Source: an uncultured Alphaproteobacteria bacterium (GTDB lineage Bacteria; Pseudomonadota; Alphaproteobacteria; GCA-002720895). From it: a stretch of DNA of 64,000 nucleotides. The notes beneath the pieces are model-generated. The model worked only from the letters and a program-made list of their open reading frames with translations, had not been told where the DNA came from and ran no database searches. This document shows positions 19,417 to 28,247 of this stretch, one piece after another. A program made the translations under genes and the position numbers. Each line of letters opens with the position of its first letter. The first letter of the stretch is position 1. The stretch covers positions 521 to 64,520 of the forward strand of contig CACLKH010000003.1 of NCBI GenBank assembly GCA_902607475.1, in the 5' to 3' direction.

Positions 19417-20568
19417 ATGTCTAAAGAAGATTATTATGAAACTTTGGGAGTTAATAAATCATCTAGCGATGATGAAATAAAACAAGCTTATAGAAAAAAA
19501 GCAATGAAATATCATCCGGATAGAAATAAGGATGATAAAGAATCTGAAAAAAAATTTAAAAAAATTAATGAAGCTTATTATATTCTAAAAGATAAAGAAA
19601 AAAAATCTCAATATGATCAATTCGGTCACCAAGCATTTGAAAATGGAGGTACAGGTTTTAAAGACTTTAATTTTGGGGGAGGTTTTTCTGATATTTTCGA
19701 AGAGATGTTTGGAGATTTTGATAATGATATAGGAGGTATTTTTGGCGGAGGAAGACGAAGAAGCGGTAGAAAAAATACAAAAGAATATGGTACAGACTTA
19801 AGATATGATATGGAAGTTCCTTTGGAAGAAATATTTTCAGGAAAAAAAATTGTAATACACGTTCCAACAAAAATTAAATGTAAAACTTGTAATGGTAATG
19901 GACATGAGGCAAATTCAAAGCCAGAAACATGTCCGACTTGTGAAGGACATGGTTCCATCAGAGCTTCTCAGGGTTTTTTTACAATACAACAAACGTGTCC
20001 TGATTGTAGAGGCGAAGGTCAAGTTATAAAAAATCCATGCAATTCTTGTAGTGGTACAGGAAGAGTTGATAAAAAGAAAAGTCTATCAGTTGAAATACCG
20101 GCTGGAGTTGAAGATGGAACTAGAATAAGATTATCAGGAGAAGGAGAAGCAGGATACCAGGGAGGACCACATGGTGATTTATATATTTTTATAAAAGAAA
20201 AACCTCATTCAATTTTTAAAAGAGATGCTGAAAATTTATATTGTAAAGCACCTATACCAATGATAACTGCAGCTTTAGGAGGAAATATTGAAGTTCCAAC
20301 TTTAGACGGATCAATAGTAAAAGTTAAAATTCCATCGGGAACTCAATCAGGGGACAATTTTAGATTATCTAATAAAGGAATGCCAAGAGTGAGACAAAGT
20401 GCAAGTGGTGATTTATATTTAGAAGCCTTTGTTGAAACTCCAGTAAATTTGTCTAGCAATCAAAAAGATTTATTAAAAAAATTTAATGGGGATAAAAATA
20501 AAAATACAACAAGCCCACAGTCAGAAAGTTTTTTTGATAGATTAAAAGATCTTTGGAATAAAAAATAA
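19417..20568 (+). CDS. dnaJ: molecular chaperone DnaJ
   Basis: 383 aa; J-domain with HPD (KYHPDRN), G/F region, four CxxCxGxG zinc repeats. Confidence 0.95.
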   Translation: MSKEDYYETLGVNKSSSDDEIKQAYRKKAMKYHPDRNKDDKESEKKFKKINEAYYILKDKEKKSQYDQFGHQAFENGGTGFKDFNFGGGFSDIFEEMFGDFDNDIGGIFGGGRRRSGRKNTKEYGTDLRYDMEVPLEEIFSGKKIVIHVPTKIKCKTCNGNGHEANSKPETCPTCEGHGSIRASQGFFTIQQTCPDCRGEGQVIKNPCNSCSGTGRVDKKKSLSVEIPAGVEDGTRIRLSGEGEAGYQGGPHGDLYIFIKEKPHSIFKRDAENLYCKAPIPMITAALGGNIEVPTLDGSIVKVKIPSGTQSGDNFRLSNKGMPRVRQSASGDLYLEAFVETPVNLSSNQKDLLKKFNGDKNKNTTSPQSESFFDRLKDLWNKK

Positions 20569-20583
20569 TATATAATTAGAATT

Positions 20584-21369
20584 ATGAAAAAAATTAAACT
20601 AGCTTTAGTTGGTTGTGCGGGTCGAATGGGCCAACAAATAATTAAAGAATTGCAAAAATTTTCGAGCATCGATTTAATTGCCGCTCTTGAGGATAAAAAT
20701 TCTAAATTTTTAGGTAAAAAAATAAAAAAAATAAATATAATAAGTGATAAAAAATTAGCATTTAAAGAAGCAAATACAATTATTGATTTTTCGCAACCCA
20801 AAAGTACTTTAGAGACAGTTAGATATGCAGCGAAGTTAAAAAAGAAATTAGTAATTGGTACAACAGGATTAAATACTAATCAAATAAATAAAATAAAAAA
20901 TGCATCTAAAAAAACAGCAATTGTTTTTGCACCTAATATGAGCGTGGGTATAAATTTATTAACGAATTTGGCAGGAAAAGCATCTAATATTTTTTTTGAC
21001 AAAAATACATCTGTTGAAATTTTAGATATACATCATAAACATAAAAAAGATGCCCCCTCAGGAACAGCTTTAGCTTTTGGAGAAGCTGTTGCAAAAGAAA
21101 GAAAATTTAATTTGAGAAATAAATCTTCAATAAAACCTAATAAAACTAGAAAAAAACAAATAGGTAAAATAAATTTTTTTTGCCAAAGAAGAGGAAACAT
21201 AGTTGGAAATCATTCTGTTATATTTACAAATAATGGGGAAGAAATAGAACTTAAACACAAAGGTTTTAGCCGATCAATTTATGCAGTTGGAGCTTTAAAA
21301 GCAGCCCTTTGGTTATCAAATCAAAAAAAAGGTTTTTTCAATATGACGGATGTTTTAGGAATCAGTTGA
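20584..21369 (+). CDS. dapB: 4-hydroxy-tetrahydrodipicolinate reductase
   Basis: 261 aa; N-terminal KLALVGCAGRMGQ Rossmann motif, EILDIHHKHKKDAPSGTA tetramerisation domain motif. Confidence 0.9.
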   Translation: MKKIKLALVGCAGRMGQQIIKELQKFSSIDLIAALEDKNSKFLGKKIKKINIISDKKLAFKEANTIIDFSQPKSTLETVRYAAKLKKKLVIGTTGLNTNQINKIKNASKKTAIVFAPNMSVGINLLTNLAGKASNIFFDKNTSVEILDIHHKHKKDAPSGTALAFGEAVAKERKFNLRNKSSIKPNKTRKKQIGKINFFCQRRGNIVGNHSVIFTNNGEEIELKHKGFSRSIYAVGALKAALWLSNQKKGFFNMTDVLGIS

Positions 21370-22236
21370 TTTTTTTACTAAATAAATTCCCAATAGAATA
21401 AAAAGAAATCCTAAAATTTGATTTGAATTTAAAGACTCATTCAAAAAAACATAGCCCCAAATTACAGCAACAAAGGGGGTAATAAAATTAACTGTAGAAG
21501 TAAATGCAGCTCCAGTTAGCTTTATTAATTTAAAGAAAATTAATCCTCCAATTGCAGTATTAAGTATTCCTAATATAATCCCAAAAATTATACTTTGGTT
21601 GGTTGGTGATGCGTTCATTGGATCTTCGAAAATTAAAACAAGAGGTAATAATATTATACAAGCAAAATACGTGGATCCAGTTAGTATATATAAAGGATTA
21701 AAATTAGGAATCTTTCTTGCATAAATTGTTGCTACAGCAAAACTTATAGTTCCTAAAATTACTGCATAGTGCGGAAATAAATTAATATTTATGTTTGACA
21801 TAACATCTAAAAGAAAAAATAACCCAAGAAAACCTATAAAAATTCCTAGAAAGGTATAAAAATTTATTTTTTCTTCTTTAACAAAAAAATATGCTAAAAA
21901 AACGGTTGTTATTGGCATAAGTCCCATAATAATTCCTGTGATATTTGTATTAATAGATATTTCTGCCCAGCTTACTAAAAAAAAGGGAAAAGCATTTCCA
22001 AGAACAGCTATTATAAAATAATTAATAAAATCTTTTTTTTTAATAGGTAGAATTATTTTTTTTATTTTTAAATAAATAAATAAACATAAAGCAGCAACTA
22101 ACATTCTTAAAAAAACTGCAGTTAAAGGTTTTAATGAGAGAACTGTAAATTTAATAAAAAGAAAAGAACTGCCCCAAATTAACCCAAGTAAAAAAAGCAA
22201 CCCAAAACTTAGGCGATTTTTATTAATTTGGGACAT
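21355..22236 (-). CDS. EamA/DMT superfamily transporter (10 TM)
   Basis: 293 aa; two EamA repeats, fully hydrophobic profile. Confidence 0.8.
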   Translation of the reverse strand: MSQINKNRLSFGLLFLLGLIWGSSFLFIKFTVLSLKPLTAVFLRMLVAALCLFIYLKIKKIILPIKKKDFINYFIIAVLGNAFPFFLVSWAEISINTNITGIIMGLMPITTVFLAYFFVKEEKINFYTFLGIFIGFLGLFFLLDVMSNININLFPHYAVILGTISFAVATIYARKIPNFNPLYILTGSTYFACIILLPLVLIFEDPMNASPTNQSIIFGIILGILNTAIGGLIFFKLIKLTGAAFTSTVNFITPFVAVIWGYVFLNESLNSNQILGFLFILLGIYLVKKSTDS

Positions 22237-22720
22237 CTATTTTTGCATAGTTAAAATGATATTTTTCTAAGGCTTTTTTTAAAGATTTAACAACAGCTAT
22301 TTTTTCTTGATGTCTTAAAAAAGAACCAATGATTACAGATTTATTTTTTGAAGATATTTTTAATTTACTCATCTCATTTTTTAATTTACTCAAATGTATC
22401 TTTAACCAGTTAGCATCTAGATAATATGTTTTTGAAATTTTTTTTGAATCGTAAAATTCTACTATTAATTTGTTTTTAGTTAAAATTAAAATTTCTTTTT
22501 TCTTTCCACTTCTAAAATTTATTTTAAAAAAAATATATACTAATAAAATATCAAGTCCAAAAAAACCAAAAACGGGCCAAGCGCCTTTTATCATAAATAT
22601 TATTCCAGCAACAAAACTAATAAGTCCCAAACTAAACATTAGAATAAAAAAACCAGTTTTATTTAAACTTCTATATGGATACAAAGAGATTTCGTATAAT
22701 TTATTTCTTTTATTAATCAT
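22223..22720 (-). CDS. hypothetical small membrane protein (two N-terminal TM helices plus a basic soluble tail), translationally coupled to the EamA transporter gene
   Basis: 165 aa; 14-nt overlap with the downstream EamA gene; I recognise no family. Confidence 0.4.
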   Translation of the reverse strand: MINKRNKLYEISLYPYRSLNKTGFFILMFSLGLISFVAGIIFMIKGAWPVFGFFGLDILLVYIFFKINFRSGKKKEILILTKNKLIVEFYDSKKISKTYYLDANWLKIHLSKLKNEMSKLKISSKNKSVIIGSFLRHQEKIAVVKSLKKALEKYHFNYAKIDVPN

Positions 22721-22766
22721 TTTTATATAAATTTTTTTTAGCCTAATATACTCTAAGATTAAATAA

Positions 22767-23423
22767 ATGCTAAAAAAAAATATTTATACTTTTTTTAAAA
22801 GGCTATCAAAAGAAATACCAAACCCCGAAACCGAACTTAATTATACAAATAACTTTACATTGTTAATAGCAGTTGTTTTGTCAGCACAAATGACTGATAC
22901 AGGAGTTAATAAAGTAACTAAGAAATTATTTAGGCTTGCCAATTCTCCTGAAAAAATTCTTAAACTAGGAGAGACAAAAATAAAAAATTTAATAAAAAGT
23001 ATTAATTTTTATAATACAAAAGCAAAAAATATTTTTAAGTTAAGCTCGATTTTGATTAAAAATTTTAATAGTTCAGTTCCAAAAACAAGAGAAGAACTAC
23101 AAACTCTTCCTGGTGTAGGAAGAAAAACAGCAAATGTTATATTAAGTGTAGCTTTTAAAAAACCAACCATTGCTGTAGATACTCATATATTTAGGGTTTC
23201 TAACAGAACTAAAATAGCAAATGGAAGAAAACCAATTGATGTAGAATTAGGATTAGAAAAAAATGTTCCAAAAAAATATTTAAGTAATGCCCATCATTTA
23301 TTAATTTTACATGGAAGATATATTTGTAAAGCTCGGAATCCAGAATGTTATAGATGTGTAGTAAATGATTTATGTATGTTTAAAAATAAAAATTTTAATT
23401 TAAAAAAAAATGCAACAATTTGA
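22767..23423 (+). CDS. nth: endonuclease III (DNA glycosylase/AP lyase)
   Basis: 218 aa; HhH-GPD LPGVGRKTANVIL, catalytic D in AVDTHIFRV; 4Fe-4S cysteines C-x6-C-x2-C-x5-C at the C-terminus. Confidence 0.9.
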   Translation: MLKKNIYTFFKRLSKEIPNPETELNYTNNFTLLIAVVLSAQMTDTGVNKVTKKLFRLANSPEKILKLGETKIKNLIKSINFYNTKAKNIFKLSSILIKNFNSSVPKTREELQTLPGVGRKTANVILSVAFKKPTIAVDTHIFRVSNRTKIANGRKPIDVELGLEKNVPKKYLSNAHHLLILHGRYICKARNPECYRCVVNDLCMFKNKNFNLKKNATI

Positions 23424-24396
23424 TCTTTTAGGAATTGGAAATTCAGTAGTCGATGTTTTATATAAAGTCGACGAAGAATTTATAAAAATAAATAAATTAG
23501 AAAAAGGCATCATGACACTCATAGATGAAAATACAGCGGAGAAATTTTATTCTTCTCTTAAACAGGGTTTGGAAGTTGCGGGCGGTTCTGTTGCAAATTC
23601 AACGGTTGGATTTGCACTCCTGTCTGGCAAACCTGCTTTTATTGGAAAAATAAAAAATGATAATTTAGGAAAATCATTTTCTAAAAGTTTATCTGATAAT
23701 AATGTATTTTATGATACTCAACCTATTTTAGAAGGTCCAGGAACTGCGAGATGTTTTATTTTTGTGACTCCCGATGCACAAAGAACTATGAATACTTATA
23801 TTGGCGCATGTTCCCTTTTGAATCCTGAAGACATTGATGAAAAGTTAGTTCAAAATTCGAATATTACGTATCTTGAGGGTTATTGTTGGGAAGAACAATT
23901 AGCAAAAGAAAGTTTGATAAAAGCTGCTGAAATTGCGCACAAATTTGGTAATAAAGTTTCTTTAACATTGTCAGATCCTTTTTGTGTTGAAAGACATAGA
24001 AACGAATTTAAAGACTTAATAAAAAAACATATAGATATTTTGTTTGCTAATGAAATGGAAATAAAAAAATTGTATGAAATAGATAATTTTAATGAAAGTG
24101 CTAAGGAAATATCAAGTATCACAGAAATTGCTGCTCTTACAAGAGGTGAAAAAGGAGCAAAAATTTATAATGATAAAGAAGTCATTGAAATAAAACCTAA
24201 AATTTTTGGTAAAGTTATAGATACGACAGGTGCTGGAGATTTATTTGCCGCAGGTTTTTTATATGGACTTTCTAAAAAATTTTCAATATTAGAAAGTGGA
24301 AATATCGCATCAATAGCTGCAGGTGAGATAATTAGTCATTTTGGAGCTAAGCCGGAAACTAATCTTAAAAATTTGATAAGTAAAGAATTAAAATGA
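23410..24396 (+). CDS. PfkB-family carbohydrate/nucleoside kinase (adenosine kinase-like)
   Basis: 328 aa; N-terminal GIGNSVVD and C-terminal DTTGAGDLFAAGFLYG ribokinase-family signatures. Confidence 0.75.
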   Translation: MQQFDLLGIGNSVVDVLYKVDEEFIKINKLEKGIMTLIDENTAEKFYSSLKQGLEVAGGSVANSTVGFALLSGKPAFIGKIKNDNLGKSFSKSLSDNNVFYDTQPILEGPGTARCFIFVTPDAQRTMNTYIGACSLLNPEDIDEKLVQNSNITYLEGYCWEEQLAKESLIKAAEIAHKFGNKVSLTLSDPFCVERHRNEFKDLIKKHIDILFANEMEIKKLYEIDNFNESAKEISSITEIAALTRGEKGAKIYNDKEVIEIKPKIFGKVIDTTGAGDLFAAGFLYGLSKKFSILESGNIASIAAGEIISHFGAKPETNLKNLISKELK

Positions 24397-25664
24397 TTTT
24401 ATCTCAGCAATTAAAAAACTTTTCTATTTATACCGATAAAAAATTATTAGTAATAATGTTATTAGGATTTTCCTCTGGGTTACCTCTTTTACTTACATTA
24501 TCAACTCTTTCTGTTTGGTTGGTTGAAATAGGAATAACAAAAACAACAATTGGGTTTTTTGCTCTTGTGGGCCTTCCATATAGTTTTAAATTTTTATGGG
24601 CTCCTTTCATGGACAATTTAAAAATTCCTTTTTTTACAAATTATTTTGGTCGAAGAAGAAGTTGGATTTTATTAACACAAGTTTTATTAATTTTGTCTTT
24701 AATTTTTCTTGGACACAGTGATCCATCAATAGATCCAAAATTAACAGCATTAGCAGCACTTTTAGTAGCTTTTTTCTCAGCCAGCCAAGACATTGTAATT
24801 GATGCATTTAGAGTTGAAAGTTTAGAAAAAAAATTTTACGGTGCTGGCGCTGCAATGATTGTATTTGGTTATAGAATAGGAATGTTATCTGCCGGGGCTG
24901 GGGCTTTATACTTAGCCTCATTTTATCAGTGGTCAGTAGTTTATATTTTAATGTCTCTTCAAATTTTAATTGGCTCATTTGCAATTTTAGTTTCTAGAGA
25001 ACCAGAGCAAGGATCATTAATTAATATAGAAAAGAAAAAAGATATTTTGATATGGTTTGAAGACTCTGTAATTGATCCATTTCGTGATTTTATGAAAAAA
25101 GGGAATTGGGTAATAATTTTATTGTTTGTTGTTTTGTACAAATTTGGAGATGCTCTTGTTAGTGTTGTGGCCAATCCTTTTTATATTGAAATGGGATTTA
25201 GCAAGATTGAAATAGCAAACGTTAGTAAAATTTTTGGACTAGCAGCAACTCTTACAGGCGCATTTATTGGTGGAATTATTGTTACTCAATCTGGAATTTT
25301 TAAAAGTTTGCTTTTATGCGGTATTTTACAGATGTTATCTAATTTATTTTATGCTATTCAAGCCTATATTGGAGATAACATTGGTTTTTTAATTGTAACT
25401 ATTGGTTTTATGGATCTTGCAAGTGGAATGGGAACAGCTGCTTTTATTGCTTATTTATCAAGTCTTTGTAATATTCGCTATACTGCTACACAATATGCTC
25501 TTTTGTCTGCCCTTGCTTCTGTTGGGAGAACATTTCTTTCTTCACCTGGCGGGTATTTAGTAGATACGGTTAATTGGATTCCTTTTTTTATTTTTACTTC
25601 CATTGCTGCAATTCCTGGAATCTACCTTCTTATAATTTTAAAGAAGAAAAATAGCCAATTTTGA
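24393..25664 (+). CDS. ampG: AmpG-family MFS permease (muropeptide/acetyl-CoA transporter family)
   Basis: 423 aa; 12-14 TM helices; the N-terminal LVIMLLGFSSGLPLLLTLSTLSVWL motif is characteristic of AmpG. Confidence 0.75.
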   Translation: MILSQQLKNFSIYTDKKLLVIMLLGFSSGLPLLLTLSTLSVWLVEIGITKTTIGFFALVGLPYSFKFLWAPFMDNLKIPFFTNYFGRRRSWILLTQVLLILSLIFLGHSDPSIDPKLTALAALLVAFFSASQDIVIDAFRVESLEKKFYGAGAAMIVFGYRIGMLSAGAGALYLASFYQWSVVYILMSLQILIGSFAILVSREPEQGSLINIEKKKDILIWFEDSVIDPFRDFMKKGNWVIILLFVVLYKFGDALVSVVANPFYIEMGFSKIEIANVSKIFGLAATLTGAFIGGIIVTQSGIFKSLLLCGILQMLSNLFYAIQAYIGDNIGFLIVTIGFMDLASGMGTAAFIAYLSSLCNIRYTATQYALLSALASVGRTFLSSPGGYLVDTVNWIPFFIFTSIAAIPGIYLLIILKKKNSQF

Positions 25665-25775
25665 GTTTTGATACAAAAAAAAACTTAAGTAATAAATTTG
25701 TAATATTTTTGACCATTTTTTGTAGTACAAATTTACTATTTTTAAGTTTGAGTTTATTAATAACTTTGATAGGAA

Positions 25776-27041
25776 ATGATTATAAAAAATAAATTAATAA
25801 TAACGTCAGCATTAATTGTAATTAATTTAATATCAGTTGTTAATGCAGATATGGGACTTAAGTGGGAGTCTAAAAATAAAAATATTAAAGGCCAAATCTT
25901 TGGTCGAATTAACATTCAATCAGGGTTTACTAATACTGATGATAATACAAATACAATAACCACTAATAGCGATTATTTATATTATAGAAGAATTAGGTTT
26001 GGTACATCAGGCCAAATTGGCCCAGTTTCTTTTAAAATCGAACCTGATTTTGCACCATATATGGAAACTGTTTTAGATGGAAATATCGATTTTAAAGATG
26101 TTTGGGTTGGATATCAATTTAAAATGAATGGCATTAAACATAAATTTATAGTTGGTAACGACCAAACACCTTGTGGTTTGGAAGTTCAAAACAGTTCACG
26201 TTTTATGAATCATATTGAGCGCCACGGAACACTAAGTTCTTGGTGTCAAGGTGAGCGTAGCAAAGGATATAGATTACTATCTAGCGGAAAAAATTGGACA
26301 ACACATTTAAGCTATTCTGTTGGTGAAGGTCAAAATTCTGACATTGATTTAACACATGGTACTTATGGTGTTCGTGCTACTTATTCACCGTTAGTATTTA
26401 ATAAAAAAGAAAAACAATGGCTGCACACAGGTTTTATGTGGGGATACAATAAAGTCGACGGAGGTGATAATGATTGGGGTTCTAGTAGCACCGATGCATC
26501 TCGTTTTATAAGTTCTGGCCCAAGACTAAATATTTTGAAAACTGGTGAACATAAAGATGCCACACGTTACGGTATTGAACTCGCTTTCGGGCAAGGACCA
26601 CTAGATGTTCAATATGAAAAAATGTGGATGTCAGTTGATGGTTGTGGTGGAGATTCTTTAATAGGTGGATCTTGCACTTCTGTTGCTGCTGAATATGATT
26701 TTAATGCATGGGCACATTATGTTACTGCTTCTTATTTTTTACCTTTTGGACAAGGTAAAAGAATGAGAGCCTATAATCCTAGCAAAGGTAGGTATGAAAG
26801 AATTAAAGCTAGTAATGCTGTGATGGTTGCGTATCGTTATGGATATCAGGATTATGGGGATGCTGCTAATAATAAAACTAGAGGTGATATAGCAGACCAC
26901 ACATTTACTCTTAATTATTTTTTTAATTCGCATCATAGCGTTCAAGTAGAATACTACACAGCTACGTTTGACTTTTCAGATGCAACAAACACATCTGATG
27001 AAGTTGATGTATTTCAATTAAATTGGAGAATTGATTTTTAA
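25776..27041 (+). CDS. outer-membrane porin, probably phosphate-selective porin O/P family
   Basis: 421 aa; signal peptide, beta-strand-rich, C-terminal ...LNWRIDF with terminal Phe; convergent neighbour of pstS; size matches OprO/OprP. Confidence 0.5.
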   Translation: MIIKNKLIITSALIVINLISVVNADMGLKWESKNKNIKGQIFGRINIQSGFTNTDDNTNTITTNSDYLYYRRIRFGTSGQIGPVSFKIEPDFAPYMETVLDGNIDFKDVWVGYQFKMNGIKHKFIVGNDQTPCGLEVQNSSRFMNHIERHGTLSSWCQGERSKGYRLLSSGKNWTTHLSYSVGEGQNSDIDLTHGTYGVRATYSPLVFNKKEKQWLHTGFMWGYNKVDGGDNDWGSSSTDASRFISSGPRLNILKTGEHKDATRYGIELAFGQGPLDVQYEKMWMSVDGCGGDSLIGGSCTSVAAEYDFNAWAHYVTASYFLPFGQGKRMRAYNPSKGRYERIKASNAVMVAYRYGYQDYGDAANNKTRGDIADHTFTLNYFFNSHHSVQVEYYTATFDFSDATNTSDEVDVFQLNWRIDF

Positions 27042-28081
27042 TTAAAATCAGCTAGCCATGCTAGCGATAGACCTAAAGCATTTGTTCTTACTTCAGCTCT
27101 TTCTGCATCAGGAGAAGGTATCAAACCTTTTTCTTGTAAATAACCACCGATTCCAAACGATTTTTCACTAGTAAATTCAGCAATATATTCACTGATACCA
27201 GGAATTTTACCCACGTGCGCATTTTTAATATAAAAATATAAAGAACGAGAAACTGGATACTTACCAGAAGAAATATTCTCAAAAGTTGGAGTATTATCTT
27301 CAACAATTGAGCCTTGAATTTTATTTTTGTTTTGATCTAAAAAACTATAACCAAAAACTCCTAAAGCTTTAGAATTTTGTTCTAATTTTGAAATGATTAA
27401 GTTATCATTTTCTCCAGCTTCAATATAAACACCATCTTCACGAACTGTGTGACAAAGTTTTTTGAAAGCTTTTTTATCAGTTTTTTTCATTGCTTTAATA
27501 GATGGAAATTTTTTGCAACCACCTTCTAACGCAAGTTCTGCAAAAGCATCACGAGTTCCAGAAGTTGGAGGAGGTCCTAAAACTTCAATTTTTGTGTTAG
27601 GAAGAGATGGATCAACATCTTTCCAAGTTTTATGTGGATTTAGAATAATTTCTCCATCAACCATTACATTTTTACCAAGAGCTAACCAAATATGTTTTCT
27701 GTCAAGATTCATTTGTTCAGTATTCTTAGAGTTTGCTATAACAACACCGTCATATCCAATCTTAACTTCTGTAATATCAGTTATGCCGTTTTCAGCACAT
27801 TTTTTTATTTCCCTACCTTTAATACGTCTAGAAGAATTAGTAATATCTACTTGTGAAGGACCAATCCCCTGGCAGAATATTTTTAAACCACCGCCAGAAC
27901 CAGTGCTTTCAACAACAGGAGTTTTAAATTTAGTTAAAATACCAAATTTTTCTGCAACTACTGTTGCAAATGGATAAACAGTACTGGATCCCACAATTCT
28001 TATTTGATCACGGGCCTGTGCTACTGTAGCTGTTAATAAAATCGTTGTTGCGGTTAAAAGATACTTAGTAAGTTTTTTCAT
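27038..28081 (-). CDS. pstS: phosphate ABC transporter substrate-binding protein PstS (no pstCAB adjacent)
   Basis: 347 aa; signal peptide ...TVAQA|RDQIRIVGSSTVYPFATVVAEKF is the PBP2 PstS signature; AGAGG-like SD 12 nt upstream. Confidence 0.85.
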   Translation of the reverse strand: MKKLTKYLLTATTILLTATVAQARDQIRIVGSSTVYPFATVVAEKFGILTKFKTPVVESTGSGGGLKIFCQGIGPSQVDITNSSRRIKGREIKKCAENGITDITEVKIGYDGVVIANSKNTEQMNLDRKHIWLALGKNVMVDGEIILNPHKTWKDVDPSLPNTKIEVLGPPPTSGTRDAFAELALEGGCKKFPSIKAMKKTDKKAFKKLCHTVREDGVYIEAGENDNLIISKLEQNSKALGVFGYSFLDQNKNKIQGSIVEDNTPTFENISSGKYPVSRSLYFYIKNAHVGKIPGISEYIAEFTSEKSFGIGGYLQEKGLIPSPDAERAEVRTNALGLSLAWLADFN

Positions 28082-28141
28082 ATATAATGCCTCTAAATTT
28101 TATTAAAAAAATAATATCAGTTTAAATTTCAGCATTTTTTC

Positions 28142-28159
28142 ATTACAGTTTTATGACAT
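28142..28159 (-). promoter_or_regulatory. candidate Pho box (PhoB binding site) upstream of pstS
   Basis: On the pstS strand it reads ATGTCAT-AAAA-CTGTAAT, against the consensus CTGTCAT-AAAA-CTGTCAT (6/7 and 6/7 matches, exact 4-nt spacer); about 61 nt upstream of the pstS ATG. Confidence 0.45.
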
Positions 28160-28247
28160 ATATAGAAAAATTTTATTACACTACTTTTAATACTGAGAAA
28201 TCATATAAAACAAGGTATAAAATAATTAATAAAAGGATATAAAGGTT

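Noticed and set aside
22470-22730. An 86-aa + strand ORF overlapping the minus-strand small membrane protein gene
   Set aside because: The alternative frame lies within the 22223..22720 ORF. That minus-strand ORF is translationally coupled to the EamA gene and has a sensible two-TM architecture. The + frame is K/I/F low complexity.
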